Shown here: positions 47,188-56,705 of the stretch, one piece after another
Position numbering within the stretch: the first letter of the stretch is position 1
Layout: every line of letters begins with the position of its first letter
Source of the DNA: a virus
Taxonomy: Duplodnaviria > Caudoviricetes
IMG/VR virus record: IMGVR_UViG_3300023047_000002
Direction: 5' to 3' (one strand)
Length of the DNA stretch: 64,000 nt
The notes under the pieces: model-generated
The model's database searches: none
What the model saw: only the letters and a program-made list of their open reading frames with translations
What the model was told of the DNA's origin: nothing
Program-made: the position numbers and the translations under genes

Positions 47188-49698
47188 ATGTCAGAACACA
47201 CAAAGAAGAACAGTCAAACACATACAGTGAAAGAATTTGCAGACACATTAAAGTCTTTCAAACCATTTTATCGCATGAAGACATGCACAATCGAACGAGA
47301 GGTAGAAGACATATACAACGAGGGAATATCCTTTTATTTCAAGGATGCAGACATTAAGCACCCTTACGAATGTGATGGAGTTATCTCAACCACATTCGGA
47401 CACGGAAATTTGCTAAAGATGATAATGGAATACAAGTATAACGAAGACATGAAGCAGAAGTCTGCTATTGCAAAAGTTCTTGTCCAAGTAGTGTTCTACC
47501 TCAAACGATTTGAGGATGCAGGAATGGAACTACCTAACGTAGTTATGGTAGGCGACATCAACGAATGCTTTGTCATGCACTCAAACGAACTTCTTAAATA
47601 CCTTGACTGGAATGTGAACTGGAAGACTGCACCGTCTGAAGCATATAAGAAATGCCCTGAAATGGTGCTTGATATCGTTGAAGACGAATCCATAAATCCC
47701 TACGTCTTCTGGATTGATGAGTCATTCGACTTTAAAGACGTTATCGCGAAAATTCACAACCTTTGTGAGAATGTGAAGCGTTATGTGCGTATCACAGAGC
47801 ATAATATTGCATCCATCTTTGAGTATTTCCGTGATCGTGTTCTGCTTAAAAAAGACGCTTTAAGTGCTAATGAACTGGTGACTGTATTTATCGGTCTGAT
47901 AACAAATGATGAAGCGTACTACCTCCATCCGAAAAAGAAAAACACCCTTATTACGCCTAACGGAAACATACCTGTCAACAGTGCTTCCTTTGTCTCATTC
48001 TTTGACCAGTATGCAAGGGAATACACGCCGCAAGAAAGAATGAACTTCACGGCGATTGCTGACCGTCTGATTGAGGATACAACTAGAAGAAGACAGGGTG
48101 CTTTCTTCACGCCAGTTCGGTTTACAGACTTTGCTCACCGCATGATTGAAAAAGAGTTGGGCGAGAATTGGCGTAATGAATACGTTGTTTACGATTGCTG
48201 TTGGGGAACAGGTGGACTGACAAGGGATTACCGCTTCAAAGAACTCTATTGCTCTACACTGGATAAAGGAGAGCTTGAATTGGGTTCGCGGTATAATCCA
48301 GAGGCAACCAAATGGCAAATGGACTTCTTGAATGACGGAGATGAGTGTTTTGACAAAGGTCTGATAAATGCTTTTGAACAAAACAAGCCTATTGTGTTCT
48401 TCATCAATCCGCCTTATGGAACTGCCTGTACTTATGATAATAAATCTAAAGGTGGAACGAATGATACATCGATTCGTGATAATATGACGGAAACTAAGTT
48501 TGGAGGTAGTGAAAATCTTCAACATCAGTTTATGTATCGCATAACAAAGCTAGTTCAGAAGTATAATCTTACGAATGCGTACTTTGCATTATTCTCTAAT
48601 CCAATCTGGCTATCAGGCGCAAAACAGGGTACGTTCTTGAAAAACTTTACATCACGTTGGGAATGTCTTGATGCTTATTTGTTTCAGGCGAGCCATTTTG
48701 CAGATGTTTCTGATGTTTGGGGTATTAGTCTTACTTTATGGAAATCAAATAGACAGGCAACACCAATTAAGGAATACAAACTAAAATTGATTGATATTCT
48801 TGACGATGGTTCTATTGATGTCATAGGAAGTCATGTTCTCTATAACTCAAGTTACTTTAATAAAGCTAATGATTGGGTTCGTGAACCTGTAAAAAGATTA
48901 AAAAGAACGGATTGTTTTCCACCTGTAACATCAGGATTGACCATTAAAGAGTGCAATATAAGGGCTAGTGGAATTGAAGGTCAGTTAGGGTATTGTTTGA
49001 ATAATGCAAATTCAATTCAAGACAATCAGCAGAAAGTGGCTATGTTTTCAACAACATACGGTAACGGTAACGGTCACGGTATATGTAAAGAGAACTTCAC
49101 CCGATGCACAGCACTGTTCACGGCTAGAAAACTCATTGAAAACACATGGATAAATCACGCAGACGAATATCTTGCACCGAACGAGAGTCATCCTGATTAC
49201 AAACGGTTTGAAGCAGACTCAATCGTGTATTCCCTGTTTGAGAATAAATCAAACCAAACGTCGATGCGTCAAATCACGTACAAAGGAAAGCTCTATGATA
49301 TTCCTAATGAGTTCTTCTGGATGTCTAAAGATACCATGATGGGTTTGGCTAATGAAAATCATGATGACTTCATGTTTAACGATGCACGGACAAGCAAAGA
49401 ACGGTATGTGTTTACGCTCTTGCAGAAGCCGGAGATAGCACAGCACTTATCCGAAACAGCAAAACGTCTTCTCGAACTAGCAACAGAGATGACGGTCAAA
49501 TCAATGAAGTATCGCACCCTGTTTGAATCAGACCATCCAGATTACCATATTCACACATGGGATGCAGGGTATTATCAGTTGAAGAACCTTTGGAAAGAAT
49601 ACCTGCCAGAAGACTTCAAGCGATTCCGCGATCTGTTCAAACAGTTCGGAAACGAATTGCGTCCATTGGTTTATGATTTAGGATTCTTACGTAAATAG
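47188..49698 (+). CDS. Fused endonuclease/N6-adenine methyltransferase (Type IIG/IIL-like)
   Basis: N-terminal CDG..MEYK (PD-(D/E)xK-like); GAFFTP; motif I YDCCWGTG; motif IV NPPY; TRD-like C-terminal half. Confidence 0.8.
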   Translation: MSEHTKKNSQTHTVKEFADTLKSFKPFYRMKTCTIEREVEDIYNEGISFYFKDADIKHPYECDGVISTTFGHGNLLKMIMEYKYNEDMKQKSAIAKVLVQVVFYLKRFEDAGMELPNVVMVGDINECFVMHSNELLKYLDWNVNWKTAPSEAYKKCPEMVLDIVEDESINPYVFWIDESFDFKDVIAKIHNLCENVKRYVRITEHNIASIFEYFRDRVLLKKDALSANELVTVFIGLITNDEAYYLHPKKKNTLITPNGNIPVNSASFVSFFDQYAREYTPQERMNFTAIADRLIEDTTRRRQGAFFTPVRFTDFAHRMIEKELGENWRNEYVVYDCCWGTGGLTRDYRFKELYCSTLDKGELELGSRYNPEATKWQMDFLNDGDECFDKGLINAFEQNKPIVFFINPPYGTACTYDNKSKGGTNDTSIRDNMTETKFGGSENLQHQFMYRITKLVQKYNLTNAYFALFSNPIWLSGAKQGTFLKNFTSRWECLDAYLFQASHFADVSDVWGISLTLWKSNRQATPIKEYKLKLIDILDDGSIDVIGSHVLYNSSYFNKANDWVREPVKRLKRTDCFPPVTSGLTIKECNIRASGIEGQLGYCLNNANSIQDNQQKVAMFSTTYGNGNGHGICKENFTRCTALFTARKLIENTWINHADEYLAPNESHPDYKRFEADSIVYSLFENKSNQTSMRQITYKGKLYDIPNEFFWMSKDTMMGLANENHDDFMFNDARTSKERYVFTLLQKPEIAQHLSETAKRLLELATEMTVKSMKYRTLFESDHPDYHIHTWDAGYYQLKNLWKEYLPEDFKRFRDLFKQFGNELRPLVYDLGFLRK

Positions 49699-49799
49699 GA
49701 ACGAAAACAAACGAATCTGCATGAAACAGAAACCTCTGTGTGACCTACGGGATGTGCGAACCAGAACACCAAAGACTATGTGATTGAAGGCATTTATCG

Positions 49800-49840
49800 T
49801 GGTGCTGTTTTAGAACACTGATAAACGCTTGTGGTATGAA
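49800..49840 (+). promoter_or_regulatory. TGGTGCTG-box promoter upstream of 49884
   Basis: TGGTGCTG, 27 nt, then TG-g-TATGAA. Confidence 0.7.
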
Positions 49841-49883
49841 CGTATGAGGGATTAAACGCTTATTAAAGAAAGGATCTTGGGGT

Positions 49884-50153
49884 ATGAATGACGACAACAC
49901 AAAACATATTGCAGACAATTTCCCTTTCGTTACTGTATTTCGTAAACGAGTACCATGCTATGAAGCAATGACCATAAAGCAGGAACGCTACATCACGAAA
50001 ATATGCCATTACCTCGATATCGACATACCAAACATCGCAACAAAAGAGGATGCATGTGAATGGCTTAAAAAGTACATCCCAATTTACCAAAGACAGCTAA
50101 TCATAGACGAAGCACACATGATTTCATTTCACGAAGACGCGGGCGACCGGTAA
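49884..50153 (+). CDS. 89-aa protein, paralog of 46785..47051
   Basis: NFPF..YEAMTIKQERYI..TKEDACEWL..DEAHM..GDR. Confidence 0.8.
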   Translation: MNDDNTKHIADNFPFVTVFRKRVPCYEAMTIKQERYITKICHYLDIDIPNIATKEDACEWLKKYIPIYQRQLIIDEAHMISFHEDAGDR

Positions 50154-50185
50154 AAGGAAACGTATATAGACAGAAGGAACAAACA

Positions 50186-51289
50186 ATGAGTAACCAAATT
50201 CCATTCCGAATTAGAGGTATACGAGGGGTACAGTTAAACGACACTACGTACATTCTTGCGATGGACATAGCGGAACACTTTACACATCCTACAACGAAAT
50301 ACCCGGACGAATGGCAAAGCCTCAAATTGTCTAACGAGGTATGTCGTGAGTTCGGAATCGACTTTGACGATAAAACAGTACACGTCTATACGAAAGACAA
50401 GCTAAAACCATTTATTGACCGTCTATTTAACGAGTCTTACGCACGGTACAACGACAGCGAAAAACCACGTACTCCACAGGCCATAATGGAACTATTTGAC
50501 GTATATGCACTTTATGACGAACTGTTCCACCGTATCCCTGCTAAAAATTTGGAGTTCATCAAAGAAAACGCCGCTTCGGAATGGCTTGTTCGTTTGCTTC
50601 TGCTGTGTATTTCAGCACATCGAAATGACGCTGAGACGACAAGAAAAATCCTGAAATACGTCCATTCGCTTAACTGTGTTTCACCGCAAGAAGATGCGGA
50701 TATTCTTCGTGCAACGGAAGAGAACAAACAGCAACCGTTATGGGCTGCCATCACGAAAATGTTCTGTCAAACATGTGACTTGGTTTCACGAGAGCGTAAC
50801 GAGGTGTACAAAGTTCTTTCAGATTTCGATGCAACATATAGATCAACCATCGAGAAACACTTACCACAATGCGAAATCGGAGCAGGATGTGGACGTGCTT
50901 TGGTTGGGAATCTCGATATAATGGGAGATTACACGTATGAACTCTATGTGTGCATGTCGCAGGACAAGAAAGAAATTCCGCCACACGTCCACATCACACG
51001 ATACAACAAGCATACACGAAACGCAGATTATTGTTGGGACATTCGTGTATCGTTAATTGACGGCGGAATCTTTCCAAATGAAGAAAAGGGAAACAACGAA
51101 GTTGACTGTGCGGCTCTGCACAACTTCATGCATTCACTACGACCTTACGGATATCCAAACGACTTCACATACAAAACAGGGTATGCGCACTGTCTTGATT
51201 TACTTCGTGATGGGGCCGTAGCAAACGAACTTGGAAAGAAACCAATACCTAACTTCTTCCCGCAACATGTCGCAAATATCAACACGTAA
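50186..51289 (+). CDS. Hypothetical protein with C-terminal DUF4160-like PPHxH domain
   Basis: EIPPHVHI..IRVSLIDG; the N-terminus loosely resembles Bro-N. Confidence 0.55.
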   Translation: MSNQIPFRIRGIRGVQLNDTTYILAMDIAEHFTHPTTKYPDEWQSLKLSNEVCREFGIDFDDKTVHVYTKDKLKPFIDRLFNESYARYNDSEKPRTPQAIMELFDVYALYDELFHRIPAKNLEFIKENAASEWLVRLLLLCISAHRNDAETTRKILKYVHSLNCVSPQEDADILRATEENKQQPLWAAITKMFCQTCDLVSRERNEVYKVLSDFDATYRSTIEKHLPQCEIGAGCGRALVGNLDIMGDYTYELYVCMSQDKKEIPPHVHITRYNKHTRNADYCWDIRVSLIDGGIFPNEEKGNNEVDCAALHNFMHSLRPYGYPNDFTYKTGYAHCLDLLRDGAVANELGKKPIPNFFPQHVANINT

Positions 51290-51293
51290 AAAG

Positions 51294-51324
51294 AAAGGCC
51301 GCATGATATTTCATGCGGCCTTTT
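51294..51324. terminator. Bidirectional terminator
   Basis: AAAGGCCGCATGA-TATT-TCATGCGGCCTTT. Confidence 0.8.
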
Positions 51325-51370
51325 CTCTTTGGTGGTATGCCTAGTTGATTACGTAATCAACTATTTTTGG

Positions 51371-52543
51371 CTAAAAACCGAGTGCCCCATTAATGTCGTG
51401 GAAATTCCATTTTCCGTTCCACATGTCGAATGTCCAGTCACGACTCGAAAGGGCACATCCTGTGTAGCTCTTGATTGGTTGTGCATGAGCACCTTTTTCC
51501 GAACCAGGCTTAGAAGGATCAGGAACAAACAGAGGCTCGCTTACACCTGGAACGAGTTTTCCGGATGAGCTTTTACCGATAGATGAAAGAACAACACGTC
51601 CTCCACGGAAACCCGTCACTTTAAAGTATGCTTTTCTTCCCCAACAATTACCGACAAACAAGTCACCGACTTTAAGACGCGACACGAACTGATCTTTCGA
51701 ACAATGCTCAGGATCAACCTCCGCATAACGCTGAGCGGCTTCATCGTCAGCAACATCAGCCATGCTTGCTTCGTTACGACGTACACGACGCATTCTACGT
51801 GACTCTTTTTTGCCTTTACCGAGCTGTGCATCAACAAGACCGATAATACCCTCACCCAGTTTGTCGAACTCAGGCTTATCAACGTCTACACTGACGATTT
51901 TCTTGTTTCCACTGTCGTCTTTAAGGGCTGCCTTGTCGTTTGAATAATCCAACTGAACGGTAACGCTTTCGTCTTCACCGTTTTTCGGGAACACTGTAAC
52001 GACAGCGGTTCCGTTATCTGTAACTGTGATTTCGACCTGACCGCCATCATAGTACTTTGTCAGCATTGCATCTACGGCTTTCATAGTGTCCGTGAAACCA
52101 CCTTCATAATCGGTACGTACAGACTCACGGCGTGTGCGACGTTTTACACTTCTTCCTTCATCGACATACTGAGGTTCGAGCCACTGAAGTCCTGGAACAA
52201 CCCGATCTGCGTCAGGCATTTCACCCATGTCGAACTTTTCACCGGGAAGGAAGCTGCCATCCTCCTGCTCAACCATAAGCTGCTGCGACATGAAACCGCC
52301 ATCCTTGTAAGTTTTGGCGTAAATAACGCAGGTCGTGCCTTCATCGACTTCTGTAACTTCCATATAGCCCATATCGTTAAGCCAGATATAGACATAGACA
52401 CCTTGTTCTGCCATTCCTTTTTCGAGTTCTTCTGCAAACGAATACCACAAGTTGTGTGTATCATCTGCAATGGATTCGTTTTTAAGAACACGTTTATTAC
52501 GTTCATTAATTCGTTTGAATCGGTCACGATTAAAAAGAGTCAT
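51371..52543 (-). CDS. Three-domain protein with basic..Glu linkers (candidate head polyprotein)
   Basis: KRINERNKRVLKNES; VDEGRSVKRRTRRES; KKESRRMRRVRRNEA. Confidence 0.8.
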   Translation of the reverse strand: MTLFNRDRFKRINERNKRVLKNESIADDTHNLWYSFAEELEKGMAEQGVYVYIWLNDMGYMEVTEVDEGTTCVIYAKTYKDGGFMSQQLMVEQEDGSFLPGEKFDMGEMPDADRVVPGLQWLEPQYVDEGRSVKRRTRRESVRTDYEGGFTDTMKAVDAMLTKYYDGGQVEITVTDNGTAVVTVFPKNGEDESVTVQLDYSNDKAALKDDSGNKKIVSVDVDKPEFDKLGEGIIGLVDAQLGKGKKESRRMRRVRRNEASMADVADDEAAQRYAEVDPEHCSKDQFVSRLKVGDLFVGNCWGRKAYFKVTGFRGGRVVLSSIGKSSSGKLVPGVSEPLFVPDPSKPGSEKGAHAQPIKSYTGCALSSRDWTFDMWNGKWNFHDINGALGF

Positions 52544-52558
52544 AGGAAACCTCCTTAA

Positions 52559-54277
52559 TTACATGGTACGGAAAATGTCACTGATGATACTGTCAGCAAG
52601 TTCGGAAACACTGTTAAATTCAGCCACGTCATAAACTCCCATCATCTGATGAGTATCAGCATACCGAACCTCAACACGGTCCCAAATATCAATCTCGAAT
52701 TTCAAGTAATTACGTATCGTCAAGATACCACGATGTGCTGTCAACATCTTGTAGGAGCATGTGTACATGGAATTTATACCATGCTGTCGTTTATTTCGTT
52801 TAAACGCATCAACGAGAGCCGGCATGAGTTCCTCGTATTCAATACAGTTAGCTTCGTATTTTCTTCTGTAAGAACGAACGCTTCTTGACTCTTTTTTGCC
52901 CTTCTCAAGCAATGACTTTTTACTGTTCAAGTACGCTTTCACATCAGCTGCAGGAGACTGAGTATCTTCAACAATCTGAACGTCATCATAGACATCGAAC
53001 AAAGACACATGATTGCCGTGAACGCTTACACGGATGCACAGGATTTCTTCATCGCTGTGCCCGTTTGTGTAAGCATACGAACCAAACAGGATATAGTTAT
53101 GTGACTTGGTTTCGATATCAACCTTTGCGCACATGTTAAACGGAACTTTGAACCCAAAGAAGTCCTCCATAATGACGCTTGAGTTCAAGAAATCGAGCAT
53201 CACCTGTTTAATGTCGCTTATGGTTGAATTGGTATCCATGATACGTTCATTCGCACTGGTTTTCAGAGACGGACGAAGTTTGCGAAGTTCGTTCTTTCCA
53301 AACACAAGTGAATATTTTTCAAGTCTACGCTTGGATGTTCTACGTTTTGACTCGCCAGTAACGGTATCATACAACGAATCGTAGTCAATCTCATCTTCAG
53401 ACATACCATAATCGTCACGTGTCATTGGATTGAAGTCAAGGTTTTCATCAGGACGCTCGCACATGTAATCGACAGCAACAGATTCCCACAGGCGAGACCA
53501 CATGTCTTCAGCATGATTGCGTGGATGACACCATTCACGTAACTGCAATGTGATTACAGAAATCATATCCTTCAATGACATTTCACGAGACACTGTAACA
53601 ATGCCGTCAGAAGTAAGACCAAACTTTGGCAATTTCTTTGTCAAAGCATTGACCTTTGGGTCTTGCCAGTTAAAAGGAACAAGACCCGGTGATGTAATTT
53701 TCAGTTTTGAAAAAACAGTGTAATATTCTGCATTGTCATTTGCTCCAAGGGATTCAAGCATGGCAGAAATGGACAATTCTCTAACAGTTCCGTTATCTGC
53801 AATGGTGAACTCACGAACATCGACAGTCTCATCATTGCGACCAGTTCCCGGAGTGACATCCACACGAATTTCATCAAAGATGTCAGACATGCGGGCGTCA
53901 TCGTCATCTTTAAAGAAATTCGAGCAAACGATTTCAATGTCTTCTGCTGTTACATCAATGTGAGAAGCCAAAAGCTCCATGGCATCTTCACGGGTAGAGT
54001 TCGGATTGTCAGACAGAACAATCAGAGTTGGGTATAAAGGAATATTCCCATCCTGCTGCAAACGCATAAAGACAAACGTGAAATGACTTCCCAACACGTT
54101 TGAAATGTCTTCCTGCGTGCCTTTCGATACCTGTTCCAACGTCTGACGTGAAGGATAAAACACATCCCATCCATCACGAAGAAGAACGGTAGCGATTGCT
54201 TTTGCTGTCATCCAGTAGGTGCCAATATGGCTTTCGTACCGTTTGTTTACACGATTATATTTGTTTAATCTTATCAT
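52559..54277 (-). CDS. Multidomain protein with basic..Glu linkers (candidate head polyprotein)
   Basis: ATG 54277 with GGAG RBS; NRVNKRYES; GESKRRTSKRRLEK; KKESRSVRSYRRKYEA. Confidence 0.8.
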   Translation of the reverse strand: MIRLNKYNRVNKRYESHIGTYWMTAKAIATVLLRDGWDVFYPSRQTLEQVSKGTQEDISNVLGSHFTFVFMRLQQDGNIPLYPTLIVLSDNPNSTREDAMELLASHIDVTAEDIEIVCSNFFKDDDDARMSDIFDEIRVDVTPGTGRNDETVDVREFTIADNGTVRELSISAMLESLGANDNAEYYTVFSKLKITSPGLVPFNWQDPKVNALTKKLPKFGLTSDGIVTVSREMSLKDMISVITLQLREWCHPRNHAEDMWSRLWESVAVDYMCERPDENLDFNPMTRDDYGMSEDEIDYDSLYDTVTGESKRRTSKRRLEKYSLVFGKNELRKLRPSLKTSANERIMDTNSTISDIKQVMLDFLNSSVIMEDFFGFKVPFNMCAKVDIETKSHNYILFGSYAYTNGHSDEEILCIRVSVHGNHVSLFDVYDDVQIVEDTQSPAADVKAYLNSKKSLLEKGKKESRSVRSYRRKYEANCIEYEELMPALVDAFKRNKRQHGINSMYTCSYKMLTAHRGILTIRNYLKFEIDIWDRVEVRYADTHQMMGVYDVAEFNSVSELADSIISDIFRTM

Positions 54278-54338
54278 AACACGACAACTCCAAAAAGGTA
54301 AGAGACACAAGCCTGAGAAGTTCGATATACAATAGCTT

Positions 54339-55469
54339 TTAATCTTCAGAACGGACAGGTAGTAAAGGACCACCCTGAGTGTACCCGATAAGCAGTCCGC
54401 CACCTACATGAACCATACTGTTATTGTTGTACCATGTTCCGATAGGTCTGTGATTCGGCGTAGTCATAACAAATCGCTTGGTATCCAGGTAACCCTTTAA
54501 CGTATCGCCCCACATAATTCTGTATGTGTAAGGGTCAGATTCCTCTTCAGAATACCCTGCGAACACAGCGATACGGGCAAATCTGTCTTTACCTAAGACA
54601 GCAGGGATATACGTCTTTAAACTCAGATAATGAGAATCGATATGAAGATGACAAGGAACCCACACGCTCATGTTATTGTTTGCGTTCATGCACGCTGCAT
54701 ATGCAACACCGGGTTTTGTATGCAATGGAAAAGCAAAGTCCTCATCAGAACCTATGCCACAGTCATCAATAGGAGGATAATTCTCATCAGCATCAAGACT
54801 CAGACGGACCGCCAGATACCTTGAACAGTATGATGTATCTCGGTCAGGGTAAAGAAGTTCTCCCATAAGCGAACCACATGCGAACCCCCTAAGATGATCT
54901 TCATCGGACATCTTATGTGAAAAACCATATACCGTGTAACCATCCGAAACAACAATGTAGGAGTAATATTCGTCAGTTCGATTGATGTCTAAAAAAGACT
55001 TAACCATTCTATTACGTGCACCAACAGTTCCGACAAAAGGAGTACTTTGAAAAGGCTTTTTGAGTCCCGTCACATTACCATCATCGTCACGTAGGAACTC
55101 AAATTTTTCTGAACTCGTCGGAGGCACAACAGAACACATAAGACCGCCAGCATATTGACCTGGATGTGTCTGCCCGCACTCATCCTTACCGACCGATGCA
55201 GGGAGACAAAAAGTCATGAACGACTCAGGGACAGCAGAGACATTCATGGCAAAGCACGCTTTCAAACCAGAATCATGCACAAGCAGAATATAGACAATCT
55301 CAGGAAGAACCGCCAATGATTCATCCCAAGTACCTACAAGATTCCACCCATGGTCAATAAGAGATAAAGCAACTCCTGTTAGTACACCACGTGCACCATC
55401 CATATCCGATGTAAAAGTTCCGCCACGGAAAGAATATTCTGAACGCTGAAAAATGCCTACATCTGCCAT
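54339..55469 (-). CDS. Hypothetical protein, possibly structural
   Basis: 376-aa ORF. Confidence 0.7.
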   Translation of the reverse strand: MADVGIFQRSEYSFRGGTFTSDMDGARGVLTGVALSLIDHGWNLVGTWDESLAVLPEIVYILLVHDSGLKACFAMNVSAVPESFMTFCLPASVGKDECGQTHPGQYAGGLMCSVVPPTSSEKFEFLRDDDGNVTGLKKPFQSTPFVGTVGARNRMVKSFLDINRTDEYYSYIVVSDGYTVYGFSHKMSDEDHLRGFACGSLMGELLYPDRDTSYCSRYLAVRLSLDADENYPPIDDCGIGSDEDFAFPLHTKPGVAYAACMNANNNMSVWVPCHLHIDSHYLSLKTYIPAVLGKDRFARIAVFAGYSEEESDPYTYRIMWGDTLKGYLDTKRFVMTTPNHRPIGTWYNNNSMVHVGGGLLIGYTQGGPLLPVRSED

Positions 55470-55519
55470 AACACTACTCTTTTCTGATTACGTCTTACAC
55501 TGTTATAACAAAGTCTGAA

Positions 55520-56545
55520 TCAGTCTTCATCACGAAGCTGCTCAAGCGTCCACTCTTCAAGTATCTGGACAGGCTCGACAACCTTTCCATCAAGAAGGTA
55601 TGACATATCCTCATTCATGCACAAGTCCAAAAGACGTTTTACACCTTTTGATGCCCCATACTGACCGCTTGTGAATGGATCCGCAGTAGAAACGAATTTA
55701 CCTGCTACAGATTTATTTTTTAACGTATCCATAAAGTCTTCATAACCTGAGCCAACGGCGGCTGAGATAAAAGCGTCAGATGCTTTAACCAAAAGAAGGC
55801 GTGATTGGACTTTTGCTTTTGGGTCGTCATGCAGGAAATCCCAGGCATCCTGAAATCCAACCTGCGGTTTGTTAGTCCTAAAGAACCTAAGGTTCGTCAT
55901 GCTTTCATCAGCATCAATGTAGTAATAGCAAAACTCAGCCGACATGCGTGCAGTTTTAAACACAGGGAACATAGCTTTTTCGTGTTCTGCAAAACGTGTA
56001 ATACTCAAGTCATCAATTCCAACGCTTTTACGGTTTACGATATCGGCATTATCACGCCATCGTTTACCATGACCACCCTCACGATTGCTTTCAAGCACTT
56101 CACGTAAATCAGAGTACTGCATGAATGTCAGTGCATGACACATTTCATGTGCCAGCGTGTCACGTAAATCATGCAGTGAATTGAACACCGTATCTTTGCT
56201 AATTGTTATTCCAGTCGAAACAAATCCGATACGTTGATTTACCCATCCATTTTCACGAAGATGGGTCATCGCTGAAAACACAGGAAGATAGCTGAAACAT
56301 CCAAGCGTACCAATACCTATACTGTCATACTTTACCCATTCATCCTTCCAACCGTTAAGTCGGAAATACCCATCGAAATAAAGGTCATCTATATCGTGAA
56401 ACAGATCAACAAGAAACACATCAGTCTTCCAATTTTCCCGGTCGATACGGTTTTTTATACGTCCACGTTTAGGTGGATTTGACTGCTGTGTATCGTCAGA
56501 TTCGTTTCGTTTATTCCGTATTGAATTTCGTTTTCTGATAAGCAT
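55520..56545 (-). CDS. SprT-like zinc metalloprotease with basic N-terminal tag
   Basis: DTLAHEMCH..GHGKRW; MLIRKRNSIRNKRNES. Confidence 0.75.
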   Translation of the reverse strand: MLIRKRNSIRNKRNESDDTQQSNPPKRGRIKNRIDRENWKTDVFLVDLFHDIDDLYFDGYFRLNGWKDEWVKYDSIGIGTLGCFSYLPVFSAMTHLRENGWVNQRIGFVSTGITISKDTVFNSLHDLRDTLAHEMCHALTFMQYSDLREVLESNREGGHGKRWRDNADIVNRKSVGIDDLSITRFAEHEKAMFPVFKTARMSAEFCYYYIDADESMTNLRFFRTNKPQVGFQDAWDFLHDDPKAKVQSRLLLVKASDAFISAAVGSGYEDFMDTLKNKSVAGKFVSTADPFTSGQYGASKGVKRLLDLCMNEDMSYLLDGKVVEPVQILEEWTLEQLRDED

Positions 56546-56705
56546 TGAGACTCCCAGCTCGTCGTCTGATAAAACAAACAGATTAAGACAGTATGTTTGA
56601 TTTATAATGATACGCAAACCACACGTTGATTTAGATGGTTTTGTAGTTCACGACAGGATGCATCTTCTTTGTCAAAGCCTATTTAACGCTTTTACGATTT
56701 ACCAT

